Part shown: positions 1 through 8,159 of the stretch, in pieces
Layout: every line of letters begins with the position of its first letter
How positions within the stretch are numbered: the first letter of the stretch is position 1
Virus record (IMG/VR): IMGVR_UViG_3300035670_000132
Location: 1 to 64,000 of that record
Direction: 5' to 3' (one strand)
DNA length: 64,000 nucleotides
Origin: a virus
Translations under genes and position numbers: made by a program
The notes under the pieces: model-generated
What the model saw: the letters and a program-made list of their open reading frames with translations, nothing else
Database searches by the model: none
What the model was told of the DNA's origin: nothing

Positions 1-2
1 CT

Positions 3-479
3 ATCAAGAACAATGCAAAGAGAAGTAGAGTAGTTCCTGCTGACATCATGCTAAAGACTCACGTTGGCGCTGCATCTACAGTCATGCAGCTAGCGCATCA
101 AGGTGTTCCTAGCACAGTAGACGGCGGTTTCTACGTTATTTTAAACAATCCAAAAAATACTTTGTTTGCAATTGATCCAGATGAATATCGAAATAAATTT
201 AAATTATTTCTAGCGAAAAAAGGCATTGCATCTTTTAACGATTTAAGCACTAAAGAAAAGAAAAAAATATTTAGCGAATTTGAAGCAAAACACAAAAAAG
301 AAAAAGCATACGAAAGTACCAAAGGCAAAAAAGTTGTCAGCAATTTCTTGTATTTGACACTCAAGAAGCCAGGAAAAGCGATGACAGACGACACTGATAT
401 CAAAAAGCAGCTTTACGATTGGGTTACGAAGAACGTTCCCAAACAAGCGCTGGACAAGATCGCAATGGACAAGTTATGA
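3..479 (+). CDS. C-terminal part of a hypothetical protein, possibly a P-loop kinase (zeta-toxin/AAA_33-like); 5' end lies outside the window
   Basis: Frame is open from base 3 (IKNNAKRSRVVPADIMLKTH...). The NAKRxRVVPxDI..KTH pattern resembles the lid of phage P-loop kinases, but no Walker A motif is visible here. Confidence 0.4.
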   Translation: MKNNAKRSRVVPADIMLKTHVGAASTVMQLAHQGVPSTVDGGFYVILNNPKNTLFAIDPDEYRNKFKLFLAKKGIASFNDLSTKEKKKIFSEFEAKHKKEKAYESTKGKKVVSNFLYLTLKKPGKAMTDDTDIKKQLYDWVTKNVPKQALDKIAMDKL

Positions 480-709
480 TGGGTTTCAAAAAATACTTCG
501 CATCAGTAGAACTCTCTCAAGATGAGTGGGAAGAAGAAGTCTACGGACCAGAACTCGTCGAGATGCTCAAGCAAGTTGACGGACGCTGGGCAGTTGTCTC
601 AAAAAAGACTGGCAAAGTTCTAGTCTATTACAAAGGCGAAGGCAAGCCCTCAGATGAGTGGTTTGCTGCGCAAGAGCGTCGCATTCAGTATTTCAAGCAT
701 AGAGGATAA
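476..709 (+). CDS. small hypothetical protein
   Basis: ATGA overlap with the upstream stop; 77 aa; the SD-like GAGG for gp5 lies at its end. Confidence 0.65.
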   Translation: MMGFKKYFASVELSQDEWEEEVYGPELVEMLKQVDGRWAVVSKKTGKVLVYYKGEGKPSDEWFAAQERRIQYFKHRG

Positions 710-717
710 AACATACT

Positions 718-2208
718 ATGTTCATTGGTCAGGATGGATTTATTTGGTGGATCGGCGTCGTTGAAGATAACAATGATCCTCTACTGATTGGTAGAGCGCG
801 TGTTCGCATTTTTGGATATCATCCAAAAGCAAAGCGAGATGAAACTTATACTAAAACTGCAAACAATAATGTTCCTACTGCGTATTTGCCTTGGGCAATA
901 CCACTGATGCCATTGAACTTGCCAAATGCATACGGAAAGATATCTATCGGAGAATGGGTTTGCGGCTTCTTTCTTGACGGCGAGAATGCGCAAGAACCAG
1001 TCATGATGGGTTATTTACCAGCAGCGAGAAAACAATCAGAATTTACTTACAGTAAAAGAGAGACGCAAAGAAACTTTCAAGACTTAGAAGGTCCAATTGC
1101 TGACGGCGAATACTTCGGTTTAGAATTTGAAAACAAGTCAAATAGATTTGAGTGGCATACTCCTTCAAATCATCATATAAGAATAACTGAAGTCGCTAAT
1201 GACTACGGCAATAAAGATTTCGTTCTAGCACATGCTACTGGAAATCTTTTCGTAGCTATGCAGACAGACAAAAATGGAATATCTAGATTAGCACTTTCAC
1301 ATCCATCTGGAACAAGTATCATACTAGCTGAAGATGATATTTACGTGAATAGTCCAAAATGGGGCAATTTTCCACTTGTAAATCAAATAAATTGGGTAGC
1401 ATATAATCAACACACCACTCAAGGCGGAAGCAAGCGTGGTCCTAGAAATTTCACAATCGGAACTCGCGCAAATCCACCAGCACCACCGCCACCAAGAAGA
1501 GGTGGAGGCGGATGCTTCATAGAGTCTTCACTCATTGCGATGGCAGATGGGTCTAAGAAAATGATTTGTGAAGTTCAAATCGGAGATTACGTTCTCGCTA
1601 GAGATGGAAAAACTATCAACAAAGTTAGATTTATTGAAGTAAATGATTCAAAGTATCACAATGAACTATACACTCCAAATCCAGAGATCGAGGCGTTTGC
1701 AACTACAGATCATCCGATCTACGTAGAAGATGAACTTGTATCTGCTGATTTAAAATTGACTCAATCATGCTATCCTTGGCTCAGAGTAACTCGCGAATTC
1801 AATAGCATAGATGTCACGTTTGATGAAAATAAATATGACTACGTGTATAATCTATGGGTAGATGGAGATGGAACTTACATCGTCAATGGATGTGGAACAA
1901 CATCAATCATCTTTGACGGCGGAATGCTCTCGGACTTTGTTGAGATGGGATACTTTGACGTCAGCAAAGTCAGACATCTATACGAAGAATACACAAAGAA
2001 TGGAAACACTCTTCTTCACGGAGCATTCATTCTAAATTATGCTCTAGGCAAGCTCAAATCACGCATTCTATATAGATTAGTAGCATACGCTGCTAGTAAA
2101 GACTTTAAGAGTTTGACTAGAAAACTTATTGTTACTCTTCCAATGTTAGCGTGTGCGAAGTTAGCACACTTAACTGAAAAATTACATAAATGGAGATTCT
2201 TCAAATGA
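718..2208 (+). CDS. gp5: baseplate hub/central spike gp5-like protein (OB-fold, short spike) fused to a C-terminal Hint domain
   Basis: N-terminus FIWWIGVVEDNNDPLLIGRARVRIFGYH...LPWA...GEWVCGFFLDGENAQEPVMMG is the Gp5_OB signature. Hint blocks: GG|CFIESSLIAMADG, TTDHP, VYNLWVDGDGTYIVNG. No lysozyme domain. Confidence 0.9.
   Translation: MFIGQDGFIWWIGVVEDNNDPLLIGRARVRIFGYHPKAKRDETYTKTANNNVPTAYLPWAIPLMPLNLPNAYGKISIGEWVCGFFLDGENAQEPVMMGYLPAARKQSEFTYSKRETQRNFQDLEGPIADGEYFGLEFENKSNRFEWHTPSNHHIRITEVANDYGNKDFVLAHATGNLFVAMQTDKNGISRLALSHPSGTSIILAEDDIYVNSPKWGNFPLVNQINWVAYNQHTTQGGSKRGPRNFTIGTRANPPAPPPPRRGGGGCFIESSLIAMADGSKKMICEVQIGDYVLARDGKTINKVRFIEVNDSKYHNELYTPNPEIEAFATTDHPIYVEDELVSADLKLTQSCYPWLRVTREFNSIDVTFDENKYDYVYNLWVDGDGTYIVNGCGTTSIIFDGGMLSDFVEMGYFDVSKVRHLYEEYTKNGNTLLHGAFILNYALGKLKSRILYRLVAYAASKDFKSLTRKLIVTLPMLACAKLAHLTEKLHKWRFFK
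1513..1905 (+). other. Hint (Hedgehog/intein-like) autoprocessing domain within gp5
   Basis: Block A Cys1 at 1513 (CFxxxSLIxMADGSKKxIxEVQIGDYV), block B TxxH, block F VYNL.VDG..TY.VNG. Ends CGTTS rather than HN. No endonuclease insert. Confidence 0.85.
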
Positions 2209-2432
2209 GCGATGAAGTTAGTGAAAACAAACCAATAGTAACTGAACCATGCCCTAAACCAGTAGAGGTTGAACTCAACTTTATGGATCATGCACTCAAT
2301 TGGCTTGAGACAATCTCTGAAGATGATGCTAATAAGTTTTTGAATGGGATCACTATTGATGCTGCGTTAGTGCTGTTCAAGCACTTTCCTGATAATCAAC
2401 TAGTGAAAGAAGTCTTACATTCTAAAGTATAG
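2205..2432 (+). CDS. small acidic hypothetical protein coupled to gp5
   Basis: ATGA overlap with the gp5 stop (ATG at 2205); 75 aa. Confidence 0.65.
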   Translation: MSDEVSENKPIVTEPCPKPVEVELNFMDHALNWLETISEDDANKFLNGITIDAALVLFKHFPDNQLVKEVLHSKV

Positions 2433-2465
2433 TTACTATATCGTATTGTCATAGTCTACACACTC

Positions 2466-2494
2466 AGTGTAGCACTCTGTCAAGCATTTGTCAA
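2466..2494 (-). promoter_or_regulatory. sigma70-type promoter on the minus strand (antisense to gp5 region)
   Basis: Minus strand TTGACA-N17-TACACT with an extended -10 TG; near-copy at 58549-58577. Confidence 0.6.
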
Positions 2495-2517
2495 TAGAAA
2501 AAAAGGAAAATATAACC

Positions 2518-2700
2518 ATGACTCCAACAACACATGAAACACTAGTCAGTCTTTTTGAAACTTACATGAAAGACAATGAAAAGTTCACAGCCAAAGGCAA
2601 CAAAGCAGCAGGCACTCGCGCACGAAAAGCGCTGTCTGAGTTTGCGAAGCTGACTAAAGAGCGTAGACGCGAGATTCAAGACGCTAAGACGGCAGAGTAA
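2518..2700 (+). CDS. histone H1-like (Hc1-type) small basic DNA-binding protein
   Basis: KGNKAAGTRARKALSEFAKLTKERR matches the Hc1-like motif; SD AAGGA precedes ATG 2518. Confidence 0.75.
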   Translation: MTPTTHETLVSLFETYMKDNEKFTAKGNKAAGTRARKALSEFAKLTKERRREIQDAKTAE

Positions 2701-2709
2701 ATATTCCAT

Positions 2710-2717
2710 TATAAATA
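2710..2717 (+). promoter_or_regulatory. T4-type late promoter
   Basis: TATAAATA immediately upstream of gp25. Confidence 0.75.
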
Positions 2718-2723
2718 CAGGCT

Positions 2724-3101
2724 ATGGCAACAGAATCATACTTTTCAGACTTTTCTCTGTCTTTTATTCCACATCCAGTCACTGGAGACATAGTTTCGAT
2801 AAAAGAAGAAACAGCAGTAAAGAATGCTCTGATCAATTTGTTGCGTAGCCCTGTTGGAAATAGACCATTTGATCCAGATTATGGTGTAAATCTACAACGA
2901 TATCTTTTTGAGCCAGCAGATGCTTTGACAGAAAACGAAATAAATGAAGACATCGCATATGCAATAAAAACATTTGAACCTCGCGTTGAATTGGTTTCAA
3001 TTACTAGTGAAATGGTAGAATATGGTGTTAACATTACTATCACATATTTTGTGAAGAATGTTCCAGAATTACAAACGCTAGAAACAACAATAACTAGGTA
3101 A
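2724..3101 (+). CDS. gp25: baseplate wedge subunit gp25
   Basis: SD..LSF..HPVTGD...AVKNAL.NL......RPFDP.YG......LFEP...FEPRV (GPW/gp25 family). Confidence 0.92.
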   Translation: MATESYFSDFSLSFIPHPVTGDIVSIKEETAVKNALINLLRSPVGNRPFDPDYGVNLQRYLFEPADALTENEINEDIAYAIKTFEPRVELVSITSEMVEYGVNITITYFVKNVPELQTLETTITR

Positions 3102-3121
3102 AAAACAGATCAGAGAATCAA

Positions 3122-4942
3122 ATGGCAACACCAACAAATCTAAAAATTGATGGTCTAGATTTCCAGTCTATCAAAGATAATTTCAAAACTTTTCTAAAAG
3201 CTCAAGACAAGTTCAAAGACTACAACTTCGACGCTGCTGGTCTAAATGTATTAGTAGACTTACTTTCATACAACACGTATTACAATTCGTTCTACGTGAA
3301 TATGGTGTCTAATGAAGCATTCTTATCTACAGCGCAGAGAAGAAATTCAATTGTAGCAGCAGCCAAGTCTTTGAACTATGTTCCAAGATCACGCACTTCT
3401 GCTAGAGTAGTCGCAACGTTGACTGTTGAGCCGGTTGGCACTCCAGCTAACGTTCTGATACCGAGATATACTTCGTTTTCGGCCGCTGCGACTGATGGCA
3501 CTGATGTAACTTTTGTGAACTTAGATCCAATCACAGTTTTCTCATCAGATAGCTATGCAGTAACTGGCGCGACTCTCGTCGAAGGAACATACGTCGCAGA
3601 AAGATATACAGTAAATACTGCTGACACAGAACAAAGATTCATCATCAATAATACTGATATTGACACTACTACGCTCAGAGTTAGAGTTCAGAACTCATCT
3701 ACAGATTCTACTATCCGCACATTCAATAGAGCAGATAATTATGTGAATCTAACTTCAGATTCTCTAGTATACTTCATTCAAGAAATAGAAGATGGCTATT
3801 ATGAAGTAACATTTGGCGATGGCACTTTCGGCACATCTCTTCTCGATGGAAACGTAATTCTATTCGACTATCTTTCCTCTAACGGCGCTACAGGTAATGA
3901 TATTACTGGAATGAGTTTCGCAGGATCAATCTCCGACGTCGTTGACATTGGAGCAGTCGTCACAACAGCATCTTACGGCGGTGATGATCGTGAATCTATC
4001 GAACGCATTAGATACAATGCTCCGAAAGCATATGCCGCGCAGAACAGATTGATCACTACTGACGATTATATCTCTCTAGTATTGCAACAACCAAATGTGC
4101 AGTCTGCAATTGCATGGGGCGGCGAAGATAACGATCCTCCATATTACGGGAGAGTCTTCATCGCAATTCAGCCAAAGAATGAAGAAGTTCTTACTGACAC
4201 AGAAAAGTTCAATCTAACTGAGTATATCATAAAGCCAAGAAAAATTTTGACAATGAGTACCGAGATTGTAGATCCAGAATACATCTATTTGATTATAGAT
4301 GCTTCAGTGAAATATGATACTAGTGTAAACGTATTGAATTCTACAAATCTAACTTCATTGATTCTACAAAGAGTGATGGAGTATAAAGACAGCGATCTCG
4401 CACAGTTCTCAAAATACTTTAGATATTCAAAACTGTCAAGAATTATTGACACATCAGATAGATCAATTCTAAGTTCTACTCTGAGAATTCAACTAAGAAA
4501 AGAAATTGAAGTTCAGTTGAATATCAATGCATCTTATGTTATTGATTTTGCTAACCCGATTGATGATATAACTAAAGACAGAGCAGCGAATCATCCTTAC
4601 GCCGCGGGAAATAAAATTTCATCAAATGCGTTCACATATCAGGGATTTTCAAACTGCTTCTTAGAAGAAAACGGCGGTGTAATCAGAATCTATCGTCAAT
4701 CTGGAGCAAATCTTGTCGGCGTAGTTCCTAACATCGGAACTTTAAACTACGATACTGGTCGAATAACCCTAAATTCATTTATTCCAGAATCATTTGCTGA
4801 CGGCGGCACTACACTCAAAGTCACTGCTGTGCCACGTGAGCCCGATATTCTGCCATTGAGAACTCAGATCATTACTATTCGTGAAGAAGACGTAACTGTC
4901 AATCTAATCAATGATAACGCAATCAGTCTAACGAAACGATAA
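3122..4942 (+). CDS. gp6: baseplate wedge subunit gp6
   Basis: LDF..IK.N.K.FL..Q..FKDYNF...GLN.L.DLL.YNT.YN and GG.D.ESIE.IR.NAP..YAAQNR..T..DY motifs. Confidence 0.93.
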   Translation: MATPTNLKIDGLDFQSIKDNFKTFLKAQDKFKDYNFDAAGLNVLVDLLSYNTYYNSFYVNMVSNEAFLSTAQRRNSIVAAAKSLNYVPRSRTSARVVATLTVEPVGTPANVLIPRYTSFSAAATDGTDVTFVNLDPITVFSSDSYAVTGATLVEGTYVAERYTVNTADTEQRFIINNTDIDTTTLRVRVQNSSTDSTIRTFNRADNYVNLTSDSLVYFIQEIEDGYYEVTFGDGTFGTSLLDGNVILFDYLSSNGATGNDITGMSFAGSISDVVDIGAVVTTASYGGDDRESIERIRYNAPKAYAAQNRLITTDDYISLVLQQPNVQSAIAWGGEDNDPPYYGRVFIAIQPKNEEVLTDTEKFNLTEYIIKPRKILTMSTEIVDPEYIYLIIDASVKYDTSVNVLNSTNLTSLILQRVMEYKDSDLAQFSKYFRYSKLSRIIDTSDRSILSSTLRIQLRKEIEVQLNINASYVIDFANPIDDITKDRAANHPYAAGNKISSNAFTYQGFSNCFLEENGGVIRIYRQSGANLVGVVPNIGTLNYDTGRITLNSFIPESFADGGTTLKVTAVPREPDILPLRTQIITIREEDVTVNLINDNAISLTKR

Positions 4943-7900
4943 TGGCTAAGATTTACTCTCTCAATCCAGCACTGAATCTTCGTCAGTCTATTTCTGAGGA
5001 CATATACAATAGTTCTGAGAAGTTTGTTGATTTCTTGAAAGCATACTATGAATGGATGCACACGACAGAAATCACTTATCAAATAATTTCTGGCACGTTT
5101 CAGAAAAACGAACTCATCGTCGGTCAAACTAGCAAGAACTATGCTAGAATAAACTACATAAAATCTAGCACAGAACTAGTTGTAGTTATTGAGAGAGAAA
5201 ATTTTCCGTTTGAAAACTTTGAATTGATCGTTGGTCAAACATCTGGCGCAACAGCTAGACTTTTGAGAATAACAGATAACGTCCTAAGACAAGCTCAGCA
5301 GATTTTACCAAATCGCGACGTTGATAAGAGCATTGATATATTCTCAGAGTATTTGAAAGACGAATTGTATAGTGCTATTCCAGCAAATTTCGCTGGCGAT
5401 AAAAGAGAACTAGCGAAACGCATTCGCGATTACTATCAGTCTAAGGGTCATGAACAATCTTATAGATTCTTCATGAAACTTCTTTACGATCAAGACATTG
5501 AAATTGCGTATCCGGGTGACGAAGTTCTTCGCGTATCTGATGGCAATTTTCAGCGCGAAACTGTCATTCGTGCTAGAATTATTGATAATCCAGAAAGTCC
5601 AATAATCTTCAATTTTTTATTCAAGACAATCAAAGGTAGAATTAGTGGATCAATTGCTAAAGTAGTTGACATCAAGAAAATTTTCGTCGGCTCTGTTTAT
5701 CTAGCCGAAATGAAACTATCGCTAGCTTCTGGAGTTTTTATAGCAGATGAGCCGATCTACGATTTGACAGATACTAATCCTATACCATTAGAAACTACCG
5801 TTTACGGTATTGTATCTTCATATGAAATCGTTTATGGTGGTTCTGGATATGCTCCAGGAGATGTTCTCACTGTCACGGGTGATGGCGAACAAGCGACACT
5901 CAGAGTCTCTGACACATATCGCTCAGGCATTGATGCTATCACTCTAGTCAGCACTGGCTATGGATATCAGAAATACGCTGTCACATTTGCAGACAACACT
6001 GGCACTGGTGGTTCTAATCTCACTGTCATGGTGTCTGAGATTGCAAACACTTATGATATCGTTGACGGTGCAAACACATACACTGTAGGCGATGTCGTCT
6101 CTGTAAAAGTCATCAACAAAGGACAAGACTACTTTGATGTTCCCACAATTACACTAAGAGATGATACAATATATGCGTTAGGGATGATATCCGAGAAGAA
6201 TATCAATATTATAGATGCCGGACAAAACTACAAACCAGGCGAGACAATAGAACTAAATCTTCTCGTCGAAGGTGAGACTGGCTATACAACTCGCGCAGTC
6301 GCAGAAGTTGCTTCTGTCGCAGAGCCACCAGATCCGCCAAGCACAAATTATATACTATTTTCTGACGAATTTGATCAATGGTCGTTAGCTAACGTAGATT
6401 CATTTTCTGCAAACTCAGAAATTGATACTACACAAACTGTTGATCCATTTGGAACTAACACTGCTGAGTATCTAGAAGAACCTGTAACTGGATTAGTTCA
6501 GCTCCATTATATTGAGAAGCAAGTCGAGATTGATACTCCTGGATATTATACATTCTCTGTATATTTGAAAGACGCATCTTCTATAGACAATTTGAATTCT
6601 GTGATTCACTTCTCTAATAATGCAGATGCAAACACAGGTGACATTGTAGCTGCTACTGTTCTTCTTAGTGGATCAAACACTATTGCGTCAACTTCTTTTG
6701 GTGCTAACTCAGAAGTGACTAATACTTCTATAGAATTCTTGAGCAACGATTGGCGCAGAGTTTCAATTTCTGGTAAATGCGACGACACAAGCACAACATT
6801 ATACTTGAGAGTATTCTTTCACGATTCTATTGATCTATCTTATATCGGTGAAGAGTATGAGTCATCTGGACTGAAAGGACTTTTTGTAGCGAGTTCTCAA
6901 TTTGAGCCAGGCAATGTTGCGACAACTTATATTCAATCAAGTGATACTGTCGGAGTTCGTCTCGGCGGCGATTATAACATCTATCTAGAAGATGGCGACG
7001 GCACTTACAATAAGCTAATGCTTGAGAGTGACGATTTTGCAAAGTATGATACTACGAATACAATCTCTTCAGTCTGGGTTGGAAATGGTCCAATCGAGCG
7101 AATAAAGATGCTAAATCGTGGTCGCGGATATCAACTTCAGTATGTCAATGACATTACTTTAGACTTTGTTGACACTCTATCTGGTTACGGAGCAAATCTA
7201 GAAGTAACTGGCATCATGGGCTCTGGAGCTAACGTTATAGTTGACACGGCTAACAATTCATCTGGAATTGGCGCAATCAAGAAAATTGAGCCAGTAAACT
7301 TCGGAGTAGATTACACAACAGCTACTGTCAGCGTAATAGATTCTGGTAATGGTGATGCTAATATTGTTCCCATTATTACTGGATCTGGAACAACTGTCGG
7401 ACAATTCATCGGCGATTCTGGTAAAGTTGATTACAAAAAAATTCAAGATTCATATTTCTATCAGCAATACTCATACGTAATCAAGAGTGGTATTGAAATC
7501 TCAAAGTATAGAGATGTCTTGAAGAAGATGATTCATCCTAGCGGTCTAGAAGTTTTCGGTGAAATCGCTATCAGAAATAATTTGAATCTGAGAATGAGAT
7601 CAGATGATCCGTTGCGAATAAATGATATTCTAAAAATATTTTTCACATTTTTGTCTGAACCAAATTCTGGAACACTTCGCTCTTGGTCACTCACAAACAA
7701 CGATAAATCTGCTGATGATTTGCAAATATACAAAGTTTCAGACTTCATTGGAGGCGGCGATACTGTATTCGCTGAAGTCACGATTGGTCAAGTTCACTTC
7801 AGCAGCACTCCATCGCCAACAATTCAGACATACAAGTATTATAACTTCGCAACTCCTTATGGAGAAGCCGTGTATTTTGAAATAGAGCGTCAAGTGAAAA

Positions 7901-8130
7901 TCGAAGGAACCGTCTCGGTTAACGTTTCAACTAAGATAGTTACGGGATCTGGAACAAACTTTTTTGAATTTTTCTCCGCTGGTGATGAATTTGCTGTCAT
8001 TGATAGACTAGGATCAACTGGATCTAATAGATTTCAAATAACAGAAGTGATTAGCTCTACTCAAATGAGAATCGCAGCCGCACCAGCACAAAACATTTCG
8101 GGCGCAGAAGCATACAAATTGAGCATATAA
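4942..8130 (+). CDS. gp7: baseplate wedge initiator gp7-like protein
   Basis: FVDFLKAYYEWM, YYQSKG.E.SY.FF..LLY and IQDSYFYQQYSYVIKS...HPSG motifs; lies between gp6 and gp8. Confidence 0.8.
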   Translation: MAKIYSLNPALNLRQSISEDIYNSSEKFVDFLKAYYEWMHTTEITYQIISGTFQKNELIVGQTSKNYARINYIKSSTELVVVIERENFPFENFELIVGQTSGATARLLRITDNVLRQAQQILPNRDVDKSIDIFSEYLKDELYSAIPANFAGDKRELAKRIRDYYQSKGHEQSYRFFMKLLYDQDIEIAYPGDEVLRVSDGNFQRETVIRARIIDNPESPIIFNFLFKTIKGRISGSIAKVVDIKKIFVGSVYLAEMKLSLASGVFIADEPIYDLTDTNPIPLETTVYGIVSSYEIVYGGSGYAPGDVLTVTGDGEQATLRVSDTYRSGIDAITLVSTGYGYQKYAVTFADNTGTGGSNLTVMVSEIANTYDIVDGANTYTVGDVVSVKVINKGQDYFDVPTITLRDDTIYALGMISEKNINIIDAGQNYKPGETIELNLLVEGETGYTTRAVAEVASVAEPPDPPSTNYILFSDEFDQWSLANVDSFSANSEIDTTQTVDPFGTNTAEYLEEPVTGLVQLHYIEKQVEIDTPGYYTFSVYLKDASSIDNLNSVIHFSNNADANTGDIVAATVLLSGSNTIASTSFGANSEVTNTSIEFLSNDWRRVSISGKCDDTSTTLYLRVFFHDSIDLSYIGEEYESSGLKGLFVASSQFEPGNVATTYIQSSDTVGVRLGGDYNIYLEDGDGTYNKLMLESDDFAKYDTTNTISSVWVGNGPIERIKMLNRGRGYQLQYVNDITLDFVDTLSGYGANLEVTGIMGSGANVIVDTANNSSGIGAIKKIEPVNFGVDYTTATVSVIDSGNGDANIVPIITGSGTTVGQFIGDSGKVDYKKIQDSYFYQQYSYVIKSGIEISKYRDVLKKMIHPSGLEVFGEIAIRNNLNLRMRSDDPLRINDILKIFFTFLSEPNSGTLRSWSLTNNDKSADDLQIYKVSDFIGGGDTVFAEVTIGQVHFSSTPSPTIQTYKYYNFATPYGEAVYFEIERQVKIEGTVSVNVSTKIVTGSGTNFFEFFSAGDEFAVIDRLGSTGSNRFQITEVISSTQMRIAAAPAQNISGAEAYKLSI

Positions 8131-8133
8131 ATA
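8126..8133 (+). promoter_or_regulatory. T4-type late promoter
   Basis: TATAAATA overlapping the gp7 stop, upstream of gp8. Confidence 0.7.
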
Positions 8134-8159
8134 TTCTCAAATCATAAAACGGAGAAGTC

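Noticed and set aside
1513-1905. Canonical splicing intein in gp5
   Set aside because: No terminal His-Asn, no endonuclease, and the downstream sequence does not resume a gp5 fold; treated as a cleavage-type Hint domain.
2037-2291. Minus-strand 84-aa ORF as the product of the antisense promoter
   Set aside because: It lies entirely opposite real genes, with no convincing SD and no recognisable motif; cannot be supported.
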